59,688 nt of DNA from Gemmatimonadota bacterium (GTDB taxonomy: Bacteria; Gemmatimonadota; Gemmatimonadetes; Palauibacterales; Palauibacteraceae), in assembly GCA_039587445.1 (NCBI GenBank), contig JBDHIM010000004.1:1-59688 (forward strand). Direction: 5' to 3'. Shown piece by piece: positions 48,462 to 56,941 of this stretch. The first letter of the stretch is position 1, and every line of letters starts with the position of its first letter. Under the pieces are notes generated by a model that ran no database searches, was not told the DNA's origin, and saw only the letters and a program-made list of their open reading frames with translations. The position numbers were made by a program, and so were the translations under genes.

Positions 48462-49184
48462 TTATTCGTCCTCGGCGTTGAAGCGCTTCAGGTCCTCCCG
48501 GATGATCTTCACGGCATCGTTCACGGTAGGAGCGCAGTAGGGAATGTCCAGGTCCTGCGGTCCGGCGAGGTTCCGCTCTCCGCCCAGCATGTGCTCGCGG
48601 GCCCAGACCCTCAGCTCTTCCCACATCTCGCCCAACAGAATCAACGGGATGCCCGAGACGTGCTTCACCTGGCACAGCTGCCAGATCATCGCCGTCTCCA
48701 GCAACGTGCCGAGGCCGCCCGGCACCACGATGAACGCGCTCGAGAGGCGAACGAAGTGGTGAAGGCGGGAGAAGAACGTGCGATGCCGATAGATCTTCTC
48801 CACGAACGGGTTTGGCTCCTCCTCCGAGCTGAGCTCGATCGGCAGGCCGAACGATCGCGTGACGTTGTTCGGATCGCCGAGCTTCGCCCCCTCGTTGGCG
48901 GCCTCCATGAGTCCCGGGCCGCCGCCCGTCACGATGTCGCACCCCATGTAGGAGAGCTGTTCGGCCAGCGATCGCACATCCTCGAAGAGTTGATCGCCCC
49001 GTCTCATGCGAGAGGAGCCGAACACGGTGACCCGATAGTACTTCGGCTTCGGAGGACGAATGCGGGCAAGGTCGTTGACCACAGACCACAGATCGACGAG
49101 CGCTTCCTCCACGACCTCGAAGGTCTCCTCGCCGACCAAGACTCGAGTGTTGCGGTTGGCGACCCCGGAGCTGGAGTCCGTCAC
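48462..49184 (-). CDS. LOG family phosphoribohydrolase
   Basis: VTVFGSSR, TGGGPGLMEAANEGA, FFSR, PGGLGTLLE. Confidence 0.92.
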   Translation of the reverse strand: MTDSSSGVANRNTRVLVGEETFEVVEEALVDLWSVVNDLARIRPPKPKYYRVTVFGSSRMRRGDQLFEDVRSLAEQLSYMGCDIVTGGGPGLMEAANEGAKLGDPNNVTRSFGLPIELSSEEEPNPFVEKIYRHRTFFSRLHHFVRLSSAFIVVPGGLGTLLETAMIWQLCQVKHVSGIPLILLGEMWEELRVWAREHMLGGERNLAGPQDLDIPYCAPTVNDAVKIIREDLKRFNAEDE

Positions 49185-49556
49185 GTCATGCTCCTTTCAT
49201 AGCTCATCCGTTCTCGGCCGGCCGCGCCCTCGCGGGCGTGCCGTGCCCGCCTCACGACGCCGGCCTCGCCTCGCACGCGCTCGGCCGGAAAGACCGGAAG
49301 ATACGCTCGCGGCGACCCGAGCGGGCGGGTGTCGAAGGCCAACGACGCTGCCAGGGCCTTGCGTGTCGCTACAACTGCGCGCCCGGAATGTGGCTCGGCG
49401 GCCACAATCGGCCGCCTCGAGCCAGGCCATCGCACCTCCAGTAATCTGTGAGCGTGATTCCATATAATGTTATCACATAAATCGTTACGTTTTACATGAG
49501 ACGGAATGAACAAGAAGGGCCTGGTCGCGTACACCTCGTGCAATTCCGCCTTCCCG

Positions 49557-50582
49557 ATGACTCAGTATGCGATTCAGACCCAAGAGCTTACGCGCGAGTA
49601 CTCCACGCTCCGCGCCCTCGATCGACTCTCGCTGGACGGCTTTCTCGGATCCAACGGGGCCGGCAAGACCACGACGATCCACCTGCTGCTCGGACTTCTG
49701 CGTCCCACGGCGGGGCAGGCCGCCGTTCTCGGCTTCGACGTTGCCACCGAGATCGACGAGGTCCGCCGCCGCACCGGAGCGTTGCTCGATAAGGCGGGGC
49801 TTTACGCGAGGCTCGGAGTTCGAGACAACCTGGAGTTCTACGGCCGGATCTGGCACATGCCGCGACGAGAGCGCCGGGCCCGGTCGGAAGAGCTTCTTCG
49901 TCAGTTCGGTCTGTGGGACCGGCGGAAGGAGCCGGCGGGTCGCCTCAGCTTCGGCATGAGGCGGAAGCTGGCCGTGGCGCGTGCCCTCTTCCACCGGCCC
50001 GACCTGGTCTTCCTGGACGAGCCCACGGCCGGACTCGATCCCGTCTCGGCCGAGTCGCTGCGACGCTCGCTCGTGGACCTGGTCGCCCAGGAGGGCGTCA
50101 CCGTCTTCCTCACCACCCACAACGTGCCGGAAGCCGGCAAGGTCTGCGATCAGATCGGGATCATCCGATCCGGTCAGCTGCTTGCGAGCGGCTCGCCCGA
50201 GGAGCTCCGTGCATCGGCCGGCTCGAACCGGATCGTTGTGCGAGGTTCGCGATTCACCGAGGAGGCTTTCACGTTGCTCGCGCTTCGCCCGGAAGTCGAG
50301 AGAGCGGAGACGAGGGGAGGGACGCTCCATGTCTGGCTGGTGCCTGGTTCCTCCGTTGCCCCGATCATCAGCCTCCTCGCCGGCTGCGGCGTGCAGATGG
50401 AAGAGGTGGTCAGGGAGACGACGTTCGAGGATGCCTTTCTTTCCGTTCTAGGCGCGGAGGGTCACGAGCCGGAGCCCGCACGTGTGGCCCGCGGGCGATT
50501 CGGAGCGGTGCGAGCCGATGAGGCGTTCGCGCTGCACGTGCCTGGCCGGGATAACTCCAACCTCTCCGCGAGTGTCGCATGA
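49557..50582 (+). CDS. ABC transporter ATP-binding protein (short in-frame gap before Walker A)
   Basis: GSNGAGKT, LSFGM signature, FLDEPT, TTHN; start 49557 or 49506. Confidence 0.9.
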   Translation: MTQYAIQTQELTREYSTLRALDRLSLDGFLGSNGAGKTTTIHLLLGLLRPTAGQAAVLGFDVATEIDEVRRRTGALLDKAGLYARLGVRDNLEFYGRIWHMPRRERRARSEELLRQFGLWDRRKEPAGRLSFGMRRKLAVARALFHRPDLVFLDEPTAGLDPVSAESLRRSLVDLVAQEGVTVFLTTHNVPEAGKVCDQIGIIRSGQLLASGSPEELRASAGSNRIVVRGSRFTEEAFTLLALRPEVERAETRGGTLHVWLVPGSSVAPIISLLAGCGVQMEEVVRETTFEDAFLSVLGAEGHEPEPARVARGRFGAVRADEAFALHVPGRDNSNLSASVA

Positions 50583-51310
50583 TTCGGGACGTGGCGTCGG
50601 TGACCTGGAAGGAGTGGCGCGAGCTAACGGCGGCTGAGGGCCGGGAATCCGGCCTGCTCGGTCTCATCCTCTTCGTCGGCCTGCTCGGTCTCTTTCTTCC
50701 GTATCAGGTGGGGAGGAGCTGGCTGGAGGCGCCCTGGGTCATGCTGTTCTGGATCTGGATCCCGATCTTTCTCATGACGACGGTGACGGCGGACACGTTT
50801 GCAGGTGAACGCGAGCGGGGGACCCTGGGGAGCCTGCTCGCAACTCGGCTTCCGGACAGGGCGATTCTGGCGGGTAAGATCGCCGCCGCGGTCACCTACG
50901 TCTGGGGAGCGACGCTCTTGAGCGTGCCGCTGAGCCTGATCGCGATCAACCTCAAGGTGCCCGGTCCGCTCGCCTACTATACGTCCGGCCAACTGGGCAC
51001 GGTCGCCATGCTCGCCCTGCTCTCATCCATATTCGGGGCGGCGCTGGGGGTGCTGGTCTCCCTGCGCTCCCCGACGGTACGCCACGCACAGCAGACTTTC
51101 AGCCTGGGCGTTCTGGTGGTCTTCGTGTTTCCCGTATTCGGGCTTCAGATGCTCCCTGCCGCTACCAAGACGGGACTGATCCAAGCGATGGTGTTCGGTC
51201 AGGCCGGGCGGGTCGCCCTCGTCTTGGCCGCGGTCTTCATCGTGTTGGATGTGCTGCTCGTCGCCGCCGCCATGGCTCGGTTTCGCAGGGGCCGCCTCCT
51301 TCTGGATTAG
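50579..51310 (+). CDS. ABC-2 type exporter permease
   Basis: About 6 TM segments, FAGERERGTLGSLLAT, ILAGK; ATGA overlap with the ATPase gene. Confidence 0.9.
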   Translation: MIRDVASVTWKEWRELTAAEGRESGLLGLILFVGLLGLFLPYQVGRSWLEAPWVMLFWIWIPIFLMTTVTADTFAGERERGTLGSLLATRLPDRAILAGKIAAAVTYVWGATLLSVPLSLIAINLKVPGPLAYYTSGQLGTVAMLALLSSIFGAALGVLVSLRSPTVRHAQQTFSLGVLVVFVFPVFGLQMLPAATKTGLIQAMVFGQAGRVALVLAAVFIVLDVLLVAAAMARFRRGRLLLD

Positions 51311-51355
51311 AGTCGGACCGTCGTAACGGCAGTACGGCAGTAAGGAGTTGAAGTA

Positions 51356-51748
51356 ATGTCGACGTGGGACCGGCGCCGCGTTGCCCATCAGGCGACGCGA
51401 AACAACGGATGGCAGGATCCGGAGCTCGCGGCGCTCCTCGCCCGCGGACACTCTCTGCTCGCGGTCAACTGGCGCAAACGGGTTCGAGGCTATAGCCGGT
51501 TTCCGTTGCGGCCCCTGGGCGTCGAGCTGCCGATCCCTTCCCTCAACGGGGATCCGGAGATAGCGGACGTCGAAACCCGCGGGTCCACGAACGGGACCGC
51601 TCCGCGCCAAGAAACGCGCGGCGAGAACCGAGACCAGAAGGACGCCGAGGCTGGCGTCCTGGCGTTCCCTGAGATCGTACTTCCGCTGCCAGACAAGCCC
51701 GTGAGAGGTCCTCTCTCGTGGGCCTACTGGTCGGCCCGCCGCAAGTAG
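51356..51748 (+). CDS. Hypothetical protein, no recognisable family
   Basis: TAAGGAG RBS shortly upstream of ATG; fills the gap between co-oriented genes. Confidence 0.5.
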   Translation: MSTWDRRRVAHQATRNNGWQDPELAALLARGHSLLAVNWRKRVRGYSRFPLRPLGVELPIPSLNGDPEIADVETRGSTNGTAPRQETRGENRDQKDAEAGVLAFPEIVLPLPDKPVRGPLSWAYWSARRK

Positions 51749-51830
51749 GCCGAACCCCGAAGCTGTCCTCGCGGCACACGCACGAGCGCCATGGTCGTGC
51801 CACATCGTCTCGACCCTTAGATTCCGGGCC

Positions 51831-52217
51831 ATGCAGGGATGTCCGTTTTGCGAGCTGCCCGAGGATCGGATCCGCATCGAGGGAGAGCACGGTCTCGTCG
51901 TCCGAGACGGCTACCCGGTCGCGGCAGGGCATCTTCTCGTCGTTCCTCGTCGCCATGTCGAGAGCGTCTTCCACCTCTCTCAGCCTGAGCAAGACGAGCT
52001 CTGGGAGCTCACGGCGCGCGCGCGAGGTCTGCTGATTCGGGACGCCCGGCCGGAGGGTTTCACGATCGGCATCAACGACGGCCTCGCCGCCGGCCAGACG
52101 GTGCCTCATGCCCACATCCACGTGATCCCCAGACACATCGGTGACGTGGCGGACCCGACTGGGGGCATCCGGGCGATCGTCAGCCCGCGGAAGGCGCGCT
52201 ACTGGGAGCATTCCTGA
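51831..52217 (+). CDS. HIT family nucleotide hydrolase
   Basis: CPFC, GHLLVVPRRH, AGQTVPHAHIHVIPR. Confidence 0.93.
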   Translation: MQGCPFCELPEDRIRIEGEHGLVVRDGYPVAAGHLLVVPRRHVESVFHLSQPEQDELWELTARARGLLIRDARPEGFTIGINDGLAAGQTVPHAHIHVIPRHIGDVADPTGGIRAIVSPRKARYWEHS

Positions 52218-52220
52218 CCG

Positions 52221-53843
52221 ATGCGCCTGATCCGCGAGCTTGAGAGATTGCAGGCGGAGCGAGGTCATCTGGACGAGGCATGCCTCCGAGAGCTGGGTTC
52301 CCGCCTGGGCGTTCCGCTCTACCGTCTGGAAGGCCTGGTTTCCTTCTATCCCCACTTCAGGACCGAGCCGGCGCCTCCCGTCACGATCTCGGTTTGCCGC
52401 GACATGAGCTGCCACCTGGCCGGTGCTGCGCCCGTGGCCGACGCGCTGAAGGAGGGGCTGACCGGCAGGGAGCGTCCCGCTGTTGAGGAAGCATCTTGCC
52501 TCGGATGCTGCGAGCTGGCCCCCGCCGCGAGGGTGAATGGACATCCGTGCCGGCTGCAGGACGCGTTGGAGCTTGCCTCCTCGATGCCGAAGGGCGACCC
52601 CGGGTTTGGTGGCGATGAGCGGGAGTGGAGGAGCGACCCATATGGCGAGGATGAACGCTACGGCGTTCTGCGAGCCGCACTGGAGTCCACGTCGCCGACC
52701 GACGAAGCCGAACGGATCGTGGAGGCGCTAAAGGAATCGGAGCTTCGCGGCATGGGCGGAGCTGGGTTCCCGACCGGACTGAAGTGGAAGCTCGTCCGGA
52801 GCGAGGAAGCGCGGCCGAAGTACGTGGTGTGCAATGCCGATGAGAGCGAGCCGGGCACCTTCAAGGATCGCGTGATCATGGAGGAGCTTCCACACCTTAT
52901 CGTGGAGGGGATCGCTCTCGGCGCCTTCGTCGTGGGGGCGGAGAAGGGCATCATCTACCTCCGGCACGAGTATGGACGTGCGAAGGCGGCGCTGGAGGCC
53001 GAGCTCGACAAGGCCCGGGCTGCCGGGCTGCTCGGCAGCGATGTTCTCGGGAGCGATTTCAGTCTGGAGATAGAGATCTTCATCTCGCCGGGCGGATACA
53101 TCCTGGGAGAGGAGACCGCACTGCTCGAGGCCCTGGAGGATCGGCGCGGCGAGCCGCGTAACAAGCCGCCCTTCCCGGGTCAGGTGGGCCTTCGCGGCCG
53201 TCCCACGCTGATGAACAACGTGGAGACGCTGGCGCTGGTACCGGGAATACTGCGCCGGGGCGTCCCTTGGTGGGAGTCGGCCGGGAGAAACGGGCACGCG
53301 GGGCTGAAGTTCATCTCGGTCTCGGGTCACGTGGAGAGACCGGGTGTCTACGAGATCCCGACGGGAACGACGGTCGCCGAGCTGATCGATCTCGCGGGCG
53401 GCGTCTCGGGTAGTCGGGCGCTGAAGGCCTTCGCGCCCGGTGGGGCCTCATCAAACCTTCTCCCCGCCGATCACGCGGACGTCCCGATCGATTTCGCGAC
53501 GATCGAAGAGAGAGGCAGCATGATGGGGTCGGGTGCGCTCGTCGTGGTGGCCGAGGGCACGCCCTTGCTGCCCCTCGCGGCCAACGTGGTTCGCTTCTTC
53601 CGCAACGAGTCCTGCGGGAAATGCGTTCCCTGTCGTCTCGGCACTCAGAAGGCCACGGAGATGATCGAGGCGACGCTGGAGAGCGGGGTACCCCTCGACT
53701 GGTCCGTGATCCGGAAGCTGAATCTCCTGCTTGGCGAGACATCGATCTGCGGTCTCGGATACGTGGCGTTGAACCCGCTCATCTCGGTAGCCGAACACTG
53801 GCCCGAGGAGGTCCCCGGGTGTTCCGTCGAAGCTCCAGGATAG
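52221..53843 (+). CDS. Fused NuoE/NuoF-like (FdsG/FdsB-like) diaphorase subunit
   Basis: SFYPHF, CxxxxC...CLGCC 2Fe-2S ligands, GMGGAGFPTG, NADESEPGTFKDR, GEETAL, ESCGKCVPC...SICGLG. Confidence 0.92.
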   Translation: MRLIRELERLQAERGHLDEACLRELGSRLGVPLYRLEGLVSFYPHFRTEPAPPVTISVCRDMSCHLAGAAPVADALKEGLTGRERPAVEEASCLGCCELAPAARVNGHPCRLQDALELASSMPKGDPGFGGDEREWRSDPYGEDERYGVLRAALESTSPTDEAERIVEALKESELRGMGGAGFPTGLKWKLVRSEEARPKYVVCNADESEPGTFKDRVIMEELPHLIVEGIALGAFVVGAEKGIIYLRHEYGRAKAALEAELDKARAAGLLGSDVLGSDFSLEIEIFISPGGYILGEETALLEALEDRRGEPRNKPPFPGQVGLRGRPTLMNNVETLALVPGILRRGVPWWESAGRNGHAGLKFISVSGHVERPGVYEIPTGTTVAELIDLAGGVSGSRALKAFAPGGASSNLLPADHADVPIDFATIEERGSMMGSGALVVVAEGTPLLPLAANVVRFFRNESCGKCVPCRLGTQKATEMIEATLESGVPLDWSVIRKLNLLLGETSICGLGYVALNPLISVAEHWPEEVPGCSVEAPG

Positions 53844-53860
53844 GGTCGGGCTAGGGTATC

Positions 53861-54625
53861 ATGGCGACACGGGGCAGCGGCGAGCCGATGATCGACCTGA
53901 CTATCGATGGGCGGGCGGTCCAGGTCCCGCCGGGGGCGACGATTTGGGAAGCGGCCCGGTTGCTGGGTATTGATCTTCCGGTCCTCTGTCACGACCCGAG
54001 GCTGGAGCCCGTCGGCGTATGTCGATTGTGCCTCGTGGAGGTCGGCGAGCCCAAGCTGACGGCCGCCTGCATCCGGGGCGCGGAGGACGGGATGGAGGTG
54101 CGCACGTCCTCGGAGCGGCTCGTGGCCTGCAGGCGTGGCCTGGTGGAGCTCCTCCTGTCGGACTACCCGGTCGACGCTTCGGGCCTTCCCAAGACGGGGT
54201 CGGATGCCCTGGTTGAGTTGGCGTCAGAGTTGGACGCGGATTGGCCCGCTCGACGTCGGAGCGACGAGGCGGGCGTGGCGCCGGGATCGCAGACCGTGCC
54301 AGCGGGCGGGATTCCGGCCGGCGACGGCCGACCGCTCGACCACACGTCGAAGGTGATCTTCGTCGACCACCAGGCGTGCATCCTATGCGACCGCTGCATC
54401 CGCGGCTGCGACGACCTGCAGGTCAACGAGGTCATGGGCCGCACCGGAAAGGGCTACCAGACGCGGATCGCCTTCGATCTGGACGTGCCGATGGGAGAGA
54501 GCACCTGCGTATCCTGCGGGGAGTGCGAAAAGGTCTGTCCGACCGGCGCCCTGTCGCTCCGGGGATGGGAGGAGCCGTCAGAAGATGCGACCGAGCCGGG
54601 CAACGTCGGCTGGGAGGTCCTGTGA
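53861..54625 (+). CDS. Fe-S subunit equivalent to the N-terminal domains of FdsA/NuoG
   Basis: LCH...CRLC...AAC 2Fe-2S ligands; CILCDRCIRGC and CVSCGECEKVCP 4Fe-4S motifs; acidic C-terminal tail. Confidence 0.9.
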   Translation: MATRGSGEPMIDLTIDGRAVQVPPGATIWEAARLLGIDLPVLCHDPRLEPVGVCRLCLVEVGEPKLTAACIRGAEDGMEVRTSSERLVACRRGLVELLLSDYPVDASGLPKTGSDALVELASELDADWPARRRSDEAGVAPGSQTVPAGGIPAGDGRPLDHTSKVIFVDHQACILCDRCIRGCDDLQVNEVMGRTGKGYQTRIAFDLDVPMGESTCVSCGECEKVCPTGALSLRGWEEPSEDATEPGNVGWEVL

Positions 54626-56931
54626 CCACCACGACGCTGCTCGGCGAGCTGAAAAAACGCGGCGTGAAGGTGCGCCGGAAAGGTGAACGGCTACTGCTCA
54701 GCGATCTGCACGGTGCTCTGACGCCGGAGCTTCGAGCGGCGATCGACGCGCACCGCGAGGAGCTGCTCGCGACGCTCGACGGGGCCGAGCGATCGACGGT
54801 GAGCTCCGTCGACTCGGTCTGTCCGTACTGCGGTGTGGGGTGTGCGATCCGGTATGTCGTGGACGAGGCGGAGAACCGGATCCGGTACGCCGATGGTCGG
54901 GAGAGTCCGGTCAATCACGAGCGCCTGTGCGTGAAGGGGAGGTTCGGGTTCGACTACACGAGCCATCCCGAGAGACTGCAGGCCCCACTGATCCGGAAAG
55001 AGTCCTCCTACCCGAAGGGGCCGCTCTCCACGGAGGTGCGCGGCGAGCGCAAGCGGCGACCCGGTGGGCTCGTCGACTACGACGAAGTGCTGCCACACTT
55101 CCGCGAGGCGACGTGGGAGGAGGCGCTGGATCTCGCGGCGTCGCGGCTCGTCGAGATTCGTGACCGAGACGGATCCGGCGCGCTCGCCGGCTTCGGTAGC
55201 GCGAAGTGCAGCAACGAGGAGGCTTATCTGTTTCAGAAGCTGGTGCGTGCGGCGTTCGGGACGAACAACGTCGACCATTGCACGCGGCTATGTCATGCCT
55301 CTTCGGTCGCCGCCCTCCTCGAGACGATCGGCTCGGGGGCGGTCACGAACGTCTTCGGCGACGTGCGAAACGCGGACGTCGCGTTGATTGCCGGTTCCAA
55401 CACGACCGGCAACCACCCGGTCGCGGCCACCTTCATCAAGCAGGCGCGTAAGAGCGGGCGCACCAAGCTCATCGTCGTCGAGCCGCGACGGATCGAGATG
55501 GCCGACCACGCGGACTACTTCCTCCAGATCAACTCCGGCACCGACGTCGCGCTCTACAACTCCTGGATGCACGTCCTGATCGAGGAGGGTCTCATCGACG
55601 AGGCGTACATCGCGGAGCGCACCGAGGGCTTCGAGGCACTGAAGGCCGTGGTGGAGGGCTACTCCCCGGAGGTCGCCGCGGGGATCTGCGGGGTGGAGCC
55701 GCGCCTGATCAGGGAGGCGGCACGCACCTTCGGCCGCGCGGAGCGGGCGATGGTCTTCTGGGGCATGGGCATCTCGCAGCATACGCATGGCACGGACAAC
55801 GCCAGGTGCCTCATATCTCTCGCCCTGATGACCGGAAACATAGGCCGCGAGGGCACCGGGCTTCATCCGCTGCGCGGACAGAACAACGTCCAGGGGGCGT
55901 CCGACGCCGGCGTCATCCCGATGGTTTACCCCGACTACCAGAGCGTCGCGGATCCGGCGGTACGCGAGAGGTTCGAGCAGGCCTGGGGCGTGGAGCTTGA
56001 CCCGCAGCCGGGTCTCACGGTGGTCGAGATCATGGGTGGGGCGCTCGACGGCGTGATCAGGGGCATGTACATGATGGGAGAGAACCCCTTCCTTTCAGAT
56101 CCCAACGTAAACAAGGTGCGCAAGGCTCTTGCGAACCTCGAGTTCCTTGTCGTCCAGGACATCTTCCTCACCGAGACCGCCGAGTTCGCCGATGTGATCC
56201 TCCCCGCGACCAGCTTTTTCGAGAAAAGCGGCACGTACACCAACACCGACCGTCGCGTGCAGGTGGGTCGCAAGGCTCTGCAGCCGCCGGGCGGAGCTCG
56301 TACCGATTGGGAGATCACGTGTGAGATCGGTGCCCGGATGGGCTATCCGATGGATTACGGCTCGCCCGAAGATGTGTTCTCGGAGTTCACCGCCCTCGCT
56401 CCCTCGTATGCCGGGCTCACCTACGACAACCTCGGGCTGACCGGAAAGCTGTGGCCGTGCCCGGATCCGAGCGAAGACGGCATCCAGGTTCTGTTCGGAG
56501 ACAGCTTCCCGACGGCTAGCGGCAGGGGGAAGTTCGTGCCCGCCGAGTTCGCGCCGGCGAAGGAGCTACCGGACGAAGAGTATCCGTTCGTGCTCAACAC
56601 GGGTCGGAGACTCGAGCACTGGCACACGGGCACCATGACACGCCGATCGCGCGCACTTCACGCGATCCGGCCGGGGCCGGTGGTCGACATGCATCCCGCG
56701 GACCTGGAGGCTCTCGGGGTGGGGGACGGAGAGCTGGTGGAGGTGGCGTCCCGGCGGGGGTCCATCGTACTGCCCGCCGCGCGCTCGGAGCGCATGCTGC
56801 GCGGCGCCGTGTTCATCCCGTTTCATTTCAGGGAAGCGGCCGCCAACCTGCTGACCATCGATGAGCTTGATCCGGCGGGGAAGATCCCGGAGTACAAGTT
56901 CTGCGCCGTGCGAGTCTCGCCGGCGTCTTGA
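54622..56931 (+). CDS. fdhF: Formate dehydrogenase catalytic (Mo/W-bisPGD) subunit, Cys type, with extra N-terminal domain
   Basis: CPYCGVGC, LCVKGRFG, NNVDHCTRLCHASS, PLRGQNNVQG, NTGR...HWHTGTMTRR, KIPEYK; GTG 54622 overlaps the upstream TGA, GGAGG at 54613-54617. Confidence 0.93.
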   Translation: MTTTTLLGELKKRGVKVRRKGERLLLSDLHGALTPELRAAIDAHREELLATLDGAERSTVSSVDSVCPYCGVGCAIRYVVDEAENRIRYADGRESPVNHERLCVKGRFGFDYTSHPERLQAPLIRKESSYPKGPLSTEVRGERKRRPGGLVDYDEVLPHFREATWEEALDLAASRLVEIRDRDGSGALAGFGSAKCSNEEAYLFQKLVRAAFGTNNVDHCTRLCHASSVAALLETIGSGAVTNVFGDVRNADVALIAGSNTTGNHPVAATFIKQARKSGRTKLIVVEPRRIEMADHADYFLQINSGTDVALYNSWMHVLIEEGLIDEAYIAERTEGFEALKAVVEGYSPEVAAGICGVEPRLIREAARTFGRAERAMVFWGMGISQHTHGTDNARCLISLALMTGNIGREGTGLHPLRGQNNVQGASDAGVIPMVYPDYQSVADPAVRERFEQAWGVELDPQPGLTVVEIMGGALDGVIRGMYMMGENPFLSDPNVNKVRKALANLEFLVVQDIFLTETAEFADVILPATSFFEKSGTYTNTDRRVQVGRKALQPPGGARTDWEITCEIGARMGYPMDYGSPEDVFSEFTALAPSYAGLTYDNLGLTGKLWPCPDPSEDGIQVLFGDSFPTASGRGKFVPAEFAPAKELPDEEYPFVLNTGRRLEHWHTGTMTRRSRALHAIRPGPVVDMHPADLEALGVGDGELVEVASRRGSIVLPAARSERMLRGAVFIPFHFREAAANLLTIDELDPAGKIPEYKFCAVRVSPAS

Positions 56932-56941
56932 GCGCAGGCGT

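Noticed and set aside
48301-49089. Long N-terminal extension of the DUF1579 ORF
   Set aside because: It overlaps the LOG gene in another frame; ATG 48300 has an RBS and a signal peptide.
54241-54621. N-terminal 127 codons of the 896-aa FDH ORF
   Set aside because: They overlap the Fe-S gene off-frame; GTG 54622 has an RBS and a coupling overlap.
55270-55310. Selenocysteine in the formate dehydrogenase
   Set aside because: The active-site codon is TGT (Cys) and the frame has no internal TGA.
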